DNA of 62,720 bases, taken from the NCBI GenBank assembly GCA_024644015.1, contig JAHELV010000020.1, forward strand, positions 1 through 62,720, written 5' to 3'. The notes below the pieces were generated by a model, which searched no databases, was not told the DNA's origin, and saw nothing but the letters and a program-made list of their open reading frames with translations. Numbering within the stretch: the first letter of the stretch is position 1; each line of letters starts with the position of its first letter. This DNA is from Nitriliruptorales bacterium (GTDB lineage Bacteria > Actinomycetota > Nitriliruptoria > Euzebyales > JAHELV01). The position numbers were made by a program, and so were the translations under genes. This document shows positions 18,889-27,950 of this stretch, piece after piece.

Positions 18889-19136
18889 CTACACCACGAT
18901 GGCGACGTTGCCTCTGGCATGGTGTCCCAGCATGTGGGCGACCGCGTCCGCCGCGTTCTTGAGCTCGTAGACGTCGTCGATGACCACCGTGACGTCGCCG
19001 GATTCGAGAAGCCTGGCGAGGGCGTCGAGGTTCTCGCGGTTCACCACACAGGTGACGAACCGCACATCGGTCGAGCCCCACCCCAGTCGTTGCACGTGTA
19101 GTCGATGACGTGACCGTCCTGAACAACGGCCTTCAT
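18889..19136 (-). pseudogene. Collapsed zinc-binding NADPH:quinone-oxidoreductase-family gene
   Basis: GGAGG RBS + MKAVVQDG fused to HVIDYT; other frame gives C-terminal LARLLESGDVTVVIDDVYEL...HARGNVAIVV*. Confidence 0.8.
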
Positions 19137-19305
19137 GGCACCTCCGTCCCCGCCGCCGTACGCACGGTCGCCGACGGCGACCTCGCCTGCTCGCAAAGAC
19201 CGCGACGCTGGCGGCGCGGCTCCTTGCCGCGAGGTATCGGAGGGTGCTGCTGATCGTGACTCTCGAAGAGTGTGGCGCCGGCTCGGTTCGAATCAGGGAC
19301 AGACG

Positions 19306-19378
19306 TGGAGCTGAGGGGAATCGAACCCCTGGCCTCCTCGATGCGACCGAGGCGCTCTACCAACTGAGCTACAGCCCC
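19306..19378 (-). tRNA. tRNA-Ala(CGC)
   Basis: GGGGCTGTAGCTCAGTTGGTAGAGCG-CCTCG GTCGCAT CGAGG-...GGTTCGATTCCCCTCAGCTCCA; G3:U70 Ala identity; CCA not encoded. Confidence 0.97.
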
Positions 19379-19484
19379 GCAGGACACTGGATGCTAGCAC
19401 TCCGGGCCTCCTTCACACCGCCAGCGGTTTCACTCCCGCAGGGGCGTCGAGGCCGTTGTGACCGCAACGTCGAGCGCCGCGCGA

Positions 19485-20045
19485 TCAAGGCTTGGGAGAC
19501 CGCTGTTCCTGCCACCCCGTGACGATGATGCCCGAGTCGTCTCCTACCGCGACCTCGATGGCATTCTGATCACGCGTTGACGGCGCGGGAGGTTGCCGCC
19601 GCTGACGTTCCTCGGCGAGATCGTGCAACATGTCGCGTTGTTCGGCGAGGCGCCGCTCGATTCGTACGACCATCGCGGCATACGACAGATAGACCACGGC
19701 GCCGACAGCCGCCGGCGCCCGCCACCAGCCGCCCAGCACGAGACCGGCGACGATCGCGACCGCCAGCACGAATCCCCCGCGCGCGAGCAGGGCACGACGG
19801 CGCAACTCGGCGCGGGTGCGCGCCCGCCCGGACACGACGCGCTCGGCATCACCCAGCACCAGGATCCGTCGTCCCAGCTCGTCGCCGCGTAGATGATCGC
19901 CGCCCGTCTGCGCAAGGGTGTCCATGCTGCGCTCGAACCGGCTGACGGTCTCCAGGGGAGATGCGTTGCGTCGGTCGCGCAGCAGTCCCGGCAACAGCAC
20001 CCAGGCCCACAGACCGATCAACAAACCGACGACGACGAGGTTCAT
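19485..20045 (-). CDS. SepX/GlpR-like membrane protein
   Basis: N-terminal TM (LWAWVLLP), RFERSMDTL, RRR followed by TM pair; position between moa genes and tRNA-Ala. Confidence 0.6.
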   Translation of the reverse strand: MNLVVVGLLIGLWAWVLLPGLLRDRRNASPLETVSRFERSMDTLAQTGGDHLRGDELGRRILVLGDAERVVSGRARTRAELRRRALLARGGFVLAVAIVAGLVLGGWWRAPAAVGAVVYLSYAAMVVRIERRLAEQRDMLHDLAEERQRRQPPAPSTRDQNAIEVAVGDDSGIIVTGWQEQRSPKP

Positions 20046-20183
20046 CGCGGCGAGAATACCAATGATGTCATTTGTCCCATGGGAGGCTGCACGGGTATTG
20101 ATCGCTGCCAGCGAAATGGTCAGTAGCTGACGTTGTAGCAATCCAACCATGCTTCGTGAACGAGCACGCGCGGTGCCGCTACG

Positions 20184-20672
20184 TCATCGAGGATGGTCTC
20201 CGCCGTTGACCTGATCGACGGCGTGGCCGAGTACCGGCAGCACTACTGACAGATTCTCCAGGGCACCCTTCGGCGAGCCGGGAAGATTCACAATCAACGT
20301 ACGTCCGGCGACCCCCGCGATGGCGCGGGAGAGCATTCCCATCGGTGTGATGTGTGAGGCCGCGACCCGCATCGCCTCGGCAATCCCCGGTACCACGTGA
20401 TCAACGACGTCGGCCGTGGCCTCCGGGGTGAGGTCGCTGGGATGCAGACCGGTACCGCCGGTGGTCAGGATCACGTCGCTGTCCTCGACAGCCGCGCGCA
20501 GTGCGTCAGCGACGACGTCACGGCCGTCGGGGACCACCACGGGCGGTCCCACCGTGAACCCGGCGGCCTCCAACTGCTCGACGAGGCGCGGCCCGGCCTC
20601 GTCGGTGTAGACGCCGGTGGCCGCGCGCGTCGACACGGTGATGACCGTGGCACGCCGGGCGACCTCATCCAT
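20184..20672 (-). CDS. moaB: MogA/MoaB molybdopterin adenylyltransferase
   Basis: VITVSTR, VVPDG, TTGGTG...DLTPEAT, SRAIAG, NLPGSPKG. Confidence 0.9.
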   Translation of the reverse strand: MDEVARRATVITVSTRAATGVYTDEAGPRLVEQLEAAGFTVGPPVVVPDGRDVVADALRAAVEDSDVILTTGGTGLHPSDLTPEATADVVDHVVPGIAEAMRVAASHITPMGMLSRAIAGVAGRTLIVNLPGSPKGALENLSVVLPVLGHAVDQVNGGDHPR

Positions 20673-20675
20673 TGG

Positions 20676-21218
20676 TCACCGCCGGTCGGGCGAACGGTCT
20701 GCGGCGGGGCCCTCGGACGGGCCCGACCCCGGTTGACTGCGAACATAGTCGCCGCGCGCGCCGCCGGTCTTGTGTTCCAACCGGACCCGCTCGATCGTGG
20801 CGCCACGATCGACCGCTTTGATCATGTCGTACAGCGCCAGCGCCGCGGTGCTCGCGGCGACCAACGCCTCCATCTCGACGCCCGTTCGGTCCGCGGCCCG
20901 TACGGTCGCGGTGATCTCGGCGCGCGGTGGGTCGCGCAGCACCTCGACGTCGACTTCCACGGCGGCGAGCGCGACGGTGTGGCACAGCGGGATCAACTGG
21001 GGCGTCTGTTTGGCCGCCATGATGCCGGCGACGCGCGCGACGGCGAGCGCGTCGCCCTTCGGCAGCGTGCCGGCGGTCAGCAGATCGGCCGTTTCGACGC
21101 GCAGCGCCACCACCGCGGTCGCGGTGGCGCGCCGGGTCGTCGGTGTCTTGTCGCCCACGTCGACCATGCGCGCGTGTCCGCGCTCATCGAGGTGGGTCAA
21201 CCGCTCGCCGGCCACCAC
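20676..21218 (-). CDS. moaC: Cyclic pyranopterin monophosphate synthase
   Basis: LTHLDERGHARMVDVGDK, KGDALAVARVAGIMAAK, LIPLCH, TGVEMEAL, YDMIKAVD; GTG start at 21218 or 21215. Confidence 0.95.
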   Translation of the reverse strand: MVAGERLTHLDERGHARMVDVGDKTPTTRRATATAVVALRVETADLLTAGTLPKGDALAVARVAGIMAAKQTPQLIPLCHTVALAAVEVDVEVLRDPPRAEITATVRAADRTGVEMEALVAASTAALALYDMIKAVDRGATIERVRLEHKTGGARGDYVRSQPGSGPSEGPAADRSPDRR

Positions 21219-21219
21219 A

Positions 21220-22626
21220 TCACACGCTGCGCAGCAGATGGACCACGACACGCTCTCCGACGTCGAGATGATCCCGGTCGGTCGGTACCTCGGCCAGCCC
21301 ATCAGCTTCCACGAGCGAGCGCAGGATGCCGCTGCCCTGATCGCCGGTCGGACGCGCCTGCCACTCGCTGTCGCGGCGGCGCAGGGTGACGCGCACGAAC
21401 TCGACCTTGTCGCGCACCGAGTCCAGCGGCGCCTCGAGCGTCGCGCTGATCCGCGGGCGGGACAGATCGCGGCGGCCCTGCATCCGGCGGATGGTCGGCC
21501 GGACGAACACCTCGAAGCTGACATAGGCGCTCACCGGGTTGCCCGGCAGGCCGAAACACGGGATGATGCGACCTGGATCAGCCTCGATGAACCCGAACGC
21601 CTGCGGCATGCCCGGACGCATGCCGACCTTGCTGAAGCGCACGTCCCCGAGCTCGGCGAGCACCACCTTCACCAGGTCGTAGCGTCCGGCACTGACGCCA
21701 CCGGTGGTCACCAACACGTCGGCGTGCGGCAGCAGCTCCTCGATCGTCTCGCGCAACCGCTCCTTGTCATCCGACGCGATCATGCGTCGGACGGTCTGCG
21801 CGCCGGTGTCGCGGGCGAGCACGGTGAGCACGTAGCTGTTCGCGTCGTAGATCGCGCCACCTGAACGCTCGACCCCGGGGTCGGCGAGCTCCTCGCCGGT
21901 CGAGACGACGACGACCCGCGGGTGAGGGAACACCGACACGTACGAGTACCCCAGCGCCGCGAGCATGCCGATGCTGGCCGCGTCGAGCACCGTGCCGGCG
22001 ACCAGCACCGTCTCGCCGGCGCGGACCGACTCGCCCGCGTGACGGATGTGCGCACCCGCCACTGGCACTTGCTGGACCCTGATCCGTGCACCGTCCTCCT
22101 CGACGAGCTCGACCGGCACGACGGCGTTGGCGCCCGCCGGAACGACCGCTCCCGTCATGATGCGAACGGCGGTACCGTGCTCGACCGAGACCGTCGGATC
22201 CTCGCCGGCCGCGACCTCTCCGGCGACGGGCAGCCAGCCGTCCACCGCCTCGGCGACGACGGCGTACCCGTCCATCGCCGAGTTGTCGAACGGCGGGATG
22301 TCCTCACGCGCGGCGACGTCGGTCGCCAGCGCACAGCCGGACGCGTCAAGAAGCGACAGCTGGATGGGTGCCAGCGGACGGATCGACTCGACGATGCCCT
22401 GCAGGTACTCCGACAGCGGCACGAGCTCGGACGACGACACAGCGTCGTGCGCATCGGTGGCGTCACCGTGCCGCGCAGGGCCGTCGGCCGAATGGTCGCT
22501 CGCCGCCGCGTGCGGGGGCGCCTCGCCGCGCTCGGACGCGACCGTCGCCTGCGGTTGCTGCTCGGCGGTGTCGACGTCCTGTGGCCGCTGCGGATCGGAC
22601 GGATCGCCCTGAGGCTGGTTCACCAC
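21220..22626 (-). CDS. moeA: Molybdopterin molybdotransferase (gephyrin-like)
   Basis: PPFDNSAMDGYAV, IMTGAVVP, STGEEL, TTGGVSAG, PGMPQ, GLPGNPVS. Confidence 0.95.
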   Translation of the reverse strand: MVNQPQGDPSDPQRPQDVDTAEQQPQATVASERGEAPPHAAASDHSADGPARHGDATDAHDAVSSSELVPLSEYLQGIVESIRPLAPIQLSLLDASGCALATDVAAREDIPPFDNSAMDGYAVVAEAVDGWLPVAGEVAAGEDPTVSVEHGTAVRIMTGAVVPAGANAVVPVELVEEDGARIRVQQVPVAGAHIRHAGESVRAGETVLVAGTVLDAASIGMLAALGYSYVSVFPHPRVVVVSTGEELADPGVERSGGAIYDANSYVLTVLARDTGAQTVRRMIASDDKERLRETIEELLPHADVLVTTGGVSAGRYDLVKVVLAELGDVRFSKVGMRPGMPQAFGFIEADPGRIIPCFGLPGNPVSAYVSFEVFVRPTIRRMQGRRDLSRPRISATLEAPLDSVRDKVEFVRVTLRRRDSEWQARPTGDQGSGILRSLVEADGLAEVPTDRDHLDVGERVVVHLLRSV

Positions 22627-23495
22627 GATTGGACCAGCTCACGCAGGAAAGCGCGGAACTCTGGGCCCAGGTCGGGCCGGTCCACCGCAAGGCGGACCGT
22701 GGCTCGCAGCCAGTCACCCTTGGTGCCCACGTCGTAACGCGGACCGGTGTAACGGATCGCGCGGATCGGCTTCTCGAGGGCCTGCGCCCGCATGGCGTCG
22801 GTCAGTTGGATCTCACCACCCTGGCCCGGTGGCACGGTGTCGATGTGGTCGAAGATGTCGGGGGTCAGCACGTAGCGCCCGATGATGCACAGGTTCGAGG
22901 GCGCATTGGTCGGACCCGGCTTCTCGACCATGTCGGTGACGTGGTAGACGTCCGGCTCGCTGGGATCGGGCTCGCCGGCGATCACGCCGTACTTGTGCAA
23001 CTGGTCGTCGTCGAACTCCATCACCGCGACGACGGTGCGCTCGGTCGCCGCGCACAACTCGATCATGCGCGCCAGCAGGTGCCCGTTGTCGCCGAGGACG
23101 TCGTCGCCGAGCAGCACGGCGAAGGGCTCGTTGCCGACGTGCTGACGCGAACACCCGACCGCGTGACCCAGCCCCAGGGCGTGTCCCTGGCGCACGTACT
23201 GCATGCGGGCGAGCCGGACTGGCTCACGGATCGCCTCGAGCAGGTCGTCCTTGCCCCCCGCTTCGAGGACGGCCTCGAGCTGGAGGTCGTTGTCGAAGTG
23301 GTCCTCGAGCGACCGCTTGCCGCGGCCGGTCACGATCAGCAGATCATTGAGGTCGGCGGCGACGGCCTCCTCGATGATGTACTGGATGGCTGGCTTGTCC
23401 ACCAACGGGAGCATCTCTTTGGGCTGCGCCTTCGTCGCAGGCAGGAACCGGGTGCCCAGTCCCGCCGCGGGGATGACCGCCTTGCGTGCTCGCAC
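22620..23495 (-). CDS. galU: UTP-glucose-1-phosphate uridylyltransferase
   Basis: KAVIPAAGLGTRFLPATKAQPKEMLP, LGLGHAV, VEKP, GEIQLTDA. Confidence 0.97.
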   Translation of the reverse strand: MRARKAVIPAAGLGTRFLPATKAQPKEMLPLVDKPAIQYIIEEAVAADLNDLLIVTGRGKRSLEDHFDNDLQLEAVLEAGGKDDLLEAIREPVRLARMQYVRQGHALGLGHAVGCSRQHVGNEPFAVLLGDDVLGDNGHLLARMIELCAATERTVVAVMEFDDDQLHKYGVIAGEPDPSEPDVYHVTDMVEKPGPTNAPSNLCIIGRYVLTPDIFDHIDTVPPGQGGEIQLTDAMRAQALEKPIRAIRYTGPRYDVGTKGDWLRATVRLAVDRPDLGPEFRAFLRELVQSW

Positions 23496-23616
23496 GCTGT
23501 GACCTCACTTGCTGTCGGCGCCCGAGGGGGGTGTCGCCATCGGGTGGTGTGACCAACAGAGTGTAGAGGTTCAACGTCCCTGCCGTAACCGGCTGTACCG
23601 CGCGGGGCCGCTGTGG

Positions 23617-25644
23617 CTAGTGTGCGCCGACACGGCTGTCGCGGTGCGTCGCCGGTACGCGAACCTCCGCGCCGACGTCGTCCGCATTGATGACCCGGTC
23701 GCGCCCCTGCGACTTCGCGGTGTACAACGCGACGTCGGCGCGGCGCAGCAGTTCCTCCACGCTGGCGCCGTGAACGGGGTAGGCGGCCACGCCGACGCTG
23801 CACGTCACCGAGATCCGCAGCGCGTCCTGGCCCCCCGCCACGATCGGCAACCGCGCCACTCTCCGGCGGATGCGCTCGGCCGTGACGACCGCGCCGGCCG
23901 CGTCGGTGCCCGGCAACAGCAGCACGAACTCCTCGCCGCCGTAGCGCGCAACGATGTCGGGCAGCCGCGTCGACGTGCGGATGCGCCGGGCGACCTCGGC
24001 GAGCACTTGATCGCCGACCGGGTGGCCGTGGCGGTCGTTGACACGCTTGAAGTGGTCGAGGTCGACGATCAACAGGCCCAGCGGACGGTGGTAGCGGGTG
24101 GCGGCCTCGACCTCCCGCAGCGCCTGCAGCTGGAAGTAGCGGAAGTTCCACAGCTCGGTCAGCGGGTCGGTCAGCGACAGCCGCCGCGCCTCCTGATGCA
24201 GCAGCACGTTCTCGATCGCCACGCCCGCCTGACTTGCGAACGTGCGCACGGTGCGCAGATCGTCCTCGGTGAACGCCGGCCCACGGTCGGACCGGGCCAG
24301 GAGCAGCGCGCCGATGCAGCCACCGGTCGCGGTGCCGGTCACGGGCACGCTCAGCTGGTGGGTCGCGAGGATGCCCCCGTCGACCGCCGGCGCGATGACC
24401 ACCTGGTCGGCCGGCAACCGTACCGATAGGCCGGTGCGCACCACCCATCCAGGCAGGCTGTGGGCGTCGAACCGCGTGTCGTCGGGCAGGTCGAACCCGC
24501 GATCGATCTTCGTCTCCAGATCATTGTCCTCGGTCGTCAGGACCAGCGTGGCGCGGTCGGCCTGCACCGTGTCCATCGCCGTGTCGGTGACCACGGCCAG
24601 CGTTCGGTCCAGGTTCAGACTGCTCGACAAGGTTTCGCCCAGCCGCGACAGCGCGCCGCGCAGCTGGTCCCGGCTGTCTGCGAGCTCACGCAGCCGGCGA
24701 TCCATCTCGATCCCCATCTCATTGAGCGCACCGCTCAGGGACTGGAGCTCGGCTGCGCCCGCCGGCTCGATACGCTGCCCGAGATCACCGTCGGCTGCCT
24801 TGCGTGCGACGGCTGCGGCCTGCACAACGGGGTCGCTTATGGCCCGTTGCGCGGCGACGAGGGTCAACCACACCGCGGCGGCCGCCCACACGAGCAGGAC
24901 CACCCACGCCATGACGATCGGTCCCGTGCCGGGCGTCGGCTCCCAGACGAGCAGCTGGCGGGTGGGCGAGACGGCCTCGACCGCCAGCGCGTGTCCCGCG
25001 ACTCGTGGGACGCCGGCGCCGTCGCGGGTGGACCGTGGAACCGCGAGCTCGCGCGGCACAGGCCGGCTCGCCGCCACGACCCGGCCATTGTCGAGCAGGG
25101 CGACGTTGCTGGCCGGCAGTGACCGCAGCAGTTCGTCGTCGATCTGCACACCGGTCACGACCCAGCCGACGAACTGCCCGGCCGGCCACAGCGCGCGTGA
25201 TCTGGTCAGCAGTCCCGGAGGCGCGTCGCCGGTGACGGCGTCGGCGAGCTCGTCCACCCTTCCGTCCAGATCAACCGCCGGGTCGCTGTACGCGATCGCC
25301 AACGGCGTGCGGTCTCGACGTACGATCAGGGCGAAGTCGGCCCGCGCCGCGGCGCGGGGGTTTGCCAGCTGCTCGGTCAGCCAGCGCCGCGCCGGGGCGG
25401 ACCGGTCATCGGTCACCCGCGCGGCGGCGTTCGCCAGCGCCAGCAGCTCGGCCTGGTCGAAGATGCGTTCCTGGACCAGATCGAACTGCGCCAGCGCGTC
25501 GTCCATGGCACGCGCAACCGTCCGCGGAGCGTCCACGGCGCTCACCTGCGTGCTGCGCTGCAGCAACGCGGATCCGACGAGCAGCGGCAGCACCACCACG
25601 ACCGCGACGAACCATGCGACGCGACTGCGTAACGTCATGGTCAC
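23617..25644 (-). CDS. Membrane diguanylate cyclase (TM-HAMP-GAF-GGDEF)
   Basis: DLDHFKRVNDRHGHPVGD, RLPD I-site, RYGGEEF, ADVALYTAK. Confidence 0.92.
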   Translation of the reverse strand: MTMTLRSRVAWFVAVVVVLPLLVGSALLQRSTQVSAVDAPRTVARAMDDALAQFDLVQERIFDQAELLALANAAARVTDDRSAPARRWLTEQLANPRAAARADFALIVRRDRTPLAIAYSDPAVDLDGRVDELADAVTGDAPPGLLTRSRALWPAGQFVGWVVTGVQIDDELLRSLPASNVALLDNGRVVAASRPVPRELAVPRSTRDGAGVPRVAGHALAVEAVSPTRQLLVWEPTPGTGPIVMAWVVLLVWAAAAVWLTLVAAQRAISDPVVQAAAVARKAADGDLGQRIEPAGAAELQSLSGALNEMGIEMDRRLRELADSRDQLRGALSRLGETLSSSLNLDRTLAVVTDTAMDTVQADRATLVLTTEDNDLETKIDRGFDLPDDTRFDAHSLPGWVVRTGLSVRLPADQVVIAPAVDGGILATHQLSVPVTGTATGGCIGALLLARSDRGPAFTEDDLRTVRTFASQAGVAIENVLLHQEARRLSLTDPLTELWNFRYFQLQALREVEAATRYHRPLGLLIVDLDHFKRVNDRHGHPVGDQVLAEVARRIRTSTRLPDIVARYGGEEFVLLLPGTDAAGAVVTAERIRRRVARLPIVAGGQDALRISVTCSVGVAAYPVHGASVEELLRRADVALYTAKSQGRDRVINADDVGAEVRVPATHRDSRVGAH

Positions 25645-25752
25645 GTGTCACCTCCTCGGTGGCGCCACGGCTACGCTGCCCAACGTGGAGCGGTCGCTGC
25701 GGCCGCGCCCATGCCGTGTCGGTTGAAGCATGCCATGAGAACACAATGAGTA

Positions 25753-26379
25753 GTGATAAGACTGCGAGAAGTTAACTCACCGCAAGAGGAGAAGCGCCGG
25801 ATCCGGCGACAGAGCCTCGCCCGCCGCGACGCCATGCCCGCCGCCGCCCGCGCCGCAGCGAGCGCCGAAATCCGATCCCGACTGCGCGATCTCGATGCCA
25901 TCAGGCACGCACGGGCCCTGCTGGCGTACGCCTCGTTCGGCTCGGAGGTTCAGCTCGATCCGCTGTTGCGTGACGCGATCGAGCGGACGGTCGGCGTGTT
26001 TCTGCCGTGGATCGAGCGGTTCTCTCCACCGGACCTGCAGATGTCGCGGGTCAAGGACCTCGACCGCGACCTGACGCCGACCAGCATGGGCATCCGCGAG
26101 CCCGATCCCCGCAGCCGCCGTCCCGGGCGGGTCGATCGCCTGGACGTGGTCATCGCTCCCGGCGTCGCATTCGACCTTTCCGGCCAGCGTGTCGGGTACG
26201 GCGCCGGGTTCTACGACCGGCTGCTGTCGCGCCTGCGACCGGGCACACCGGTCATCGCCGTCGCGTTCGACGTCCAGGTCGTGGATGCGCTGCCCGTCGA
26301 ACACCACGACGTGCCGGTGGACGCCGTCGTCACCGAGACGCGAACCATCGTCGATCCAGGCCGCGCCGCCCTTGGTTGA
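25753..26379 (+). CDS. 5-formyltetrahydrofolate cyclo-ligase
   Basis: KRRIRRQ, GIREP, APGVAFD...RVGYGAGFYDR, EHHDVPVD. Confidence 0.93.
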   Translation: MIRLREVNSPQEEKRRIRRQSLARRDAMPAAARAAASAEIRSRLRDLDAIRHARALLAYASFGSEVQLDPLLRDAIERTVGVFLPWIERFSPPDLQMSRVKDLDRDLTPTSMGIREPDPRSRRPGRVDRLDVVIAPGVAFDLSGQRVGYGAGFYDRLLSRLRPGTPVIAVAFDVQVVDALPVEHHDVPVDAVVTETRTIVDPGRAALG

Positions 26380-26488
26380 TTCGGCATACTGGCGCGCCAG
26401 CACGTAGCTGCGCTCGACCCCATGGTCGCTGCGCTCCTCGAGCCGGAACGGAGCGCAGGCGCAGCCTGTCAGGCCGGGAGCATCGTCA

Positions 26489-26878
26489 ATGCCAACGTAT
26501 GAGTACGTGTGCCGCGAGTGCGGCCAGCACCTCGAGGTCGTGCAGTCGTTCACCGACGACCCCCTCGACACCTGCGAGCACTGCGGCGGAGCGCTGCGCA
26601 AGGTCTTCAGCGCCGCCGGCATCATCTTCAAGGGATCCGGCTACTACGTGACCGACAGCCGGACGGACAAGAGTCGCGCGGCACGGACATCGGCCGATAA
26701 GGCGGACAAGCCGGCCAAGAGCGGCTCGTCGGGTGAGAGCGGGTCGTCAGGCGAAAGCGGGTCGTCAGGCGAAAGCGGGTCGTCAGGCGAAAGCGGGTCG
26801 TCGGGCGAAAGCGGGTCGTCGGGCGAGGGGTCATCGAAGTCCAGCGACTCCTCCACCAGCGACGCCAGGAGCGCCTGA
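26489..26878 (+). CDS. FmdB-family zinc ribbon protein
   Basis: MPTYEYVCRECG...CEHCGG...FKGSGYYVTD, low-complexity tail. Confidence 0.92.
   Translation: MPTYEYVCRECGQHLEVVQSFTDDPLDTCEHCGGALRKVFSAAGIIFKGSGYYVTDSRTDKSRAARTSADKADKPAKSGSSGESGSSGESGSSGESGSSGESGSSGESGSSGEGSSKSSDSSTSDARSA
26720..26827 (+). repeat. 6 x 18-bp coding tandem repeat (SGSSGE)
   Basis: Unit AGCGGGTCGTCRGGCGAR. Confidence 0.95.
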
Positions 26879-26880
26879 CC

Positions 26881-27684
26881 GTGGCGTCCGACCAGATCGC
26901 AGTGGGCATCATCGGGGGCTCGGGGTTCTACGAGCTGTTCGACGACGTCGTCGAACACGCACTCGACACCCCGTACGGTGAGCCTTCCGCACCGATCGTC
27001 GTCGGCGAGATCGAGGGCCGGGCCGTCGGGTTCCTGCCCCGCCACGGACGGCGTCACGAGCTTCCGCCGCATCGGATCAACTACCGCGCCAACCTGTGGG
27101 CGCTGTCCGAACTCGGAGCGACCGACATCATCCTGCCCTGCGCTGCCGGCAGCCTGCAGGCCGACGTCAAGCCCGGCCACTTCGTCGTCGCAGACCAGCT
27201 GGTCGACCGCACCCGCGGGCGGGTCGACACGTTCTACGACGGGCCGCGGACCACCCACGTGTCGTTCGCCGATCCGTACGACGACGAGCTGCGTCGGATC
27301 GCGATCGACACGGCCCGGGAGCTGGACATCCCCGTGCACGGTCGCGGCACGATCGTTGTGATCGAGGGCCCGAGGTTCTCGACACGGGCCGAGTCGCGCT
27401 TCTACTCGTCGATGGGGTGGCACGTCATCAACATGACGCAGTACCCCGAGGCGATCCTCGCGCGCGAGCTGCAGATGGCCGCGGTCAACATCTCGCTGAT
27501 CACCGACTACGACGTCGGGCTCGACGACGACCCGAGCCTGCCACCGGTCAGCAAGGATCAGGTCGTCGAGGTCTTCAGCGCCAACAACGCCAAGCTGCGC
27601 GAGCTGCTCTACGCCATGGTTCCCCGGCTACCGCTGTCCGCCGATCGCCCGGCGCTGCACGCGCTCGACGGCGCGCAGTTCTAG
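26881..27684 (+). CDS. mtnP: S-methyl-5'-thioadenosine phosphorylase
   Basis: GIIGGSGFY, TPYGEPS, RHGRRH...PHRINYRAN, EGPRFSTRAES, NMT, TDYD. Confidence 0.93.
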   Translation: MASDQIAVGIIGGSGFYELFDDVVEHALDTPYGEPSAPIVVGEIEGRAVGFLPRHGRRHELPPHRINYRANLWALSELGATDIILPCAAGSLQADVKPGHFVVADQLVDRTRGRVDTFYDGPRTTHVSFADPYDDELRRIAIDTARELDIPVHGRGTIVVIEGPRFSTRAESRFYSSMGWHVINMTQYPEAILARELQMAAVNISLITDYDVGLDDDPSLPPVSKDQVVEVFSANNAKLRELLYAMVPRLPLSADRPALHALDGAQF

Positions 27685-27693
27685 CGCGCCGCG

Positions 27694-27816
27694 CCCACCG
27701 ACGCGGGCGCAGTTCCGACCACATGCGGGCCCAACCGCACCCGCGTCCACCACCCCCACCGACGCGGGCGCAGTTCCGACCACATGCGGGCCCAACCGCA
27801 CCCGCGTCCACCACCC
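27694..27816. repeat. Two identical tandem 61-bp REP-like palindromic units
   Basis: CCCACCGACGCGGGCGCAGTTCCGACCACATGCGGGCCCAACCGCACCCGCGTCCACCACC x2; each folds into a 15-bp stem on the minus strand. Confidence 0.9.
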
Positions 27817-27950
27817 TGCCGCCGATGCGATCGACGGCGGGACCATGCGGGCATGACGCGGAGCAGTACGTCGACCACGGACGGCGATTGTCCCCATCGG
27901 ATGCCGCCGACCGCGCACCGCACGCCTGCCGACGACTGATGCTGGCGCAC

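Noticed and set aside
13147..19126. Long antisense ORFs (624, 551 and 790 aa)
   Set aside because: Shadow frames of high-GC genes, Arg/Gly-rich with no motifs
6679..19305. Island integrated at tRNA-Ala
   Set aside because: No duplicated tRNA-Ala 3' end or integrase found in the window
27694..27816. Possible mini-CRISPR
   Set aside because: Units are contiguous and identical, with no unique spacers and no cas genes
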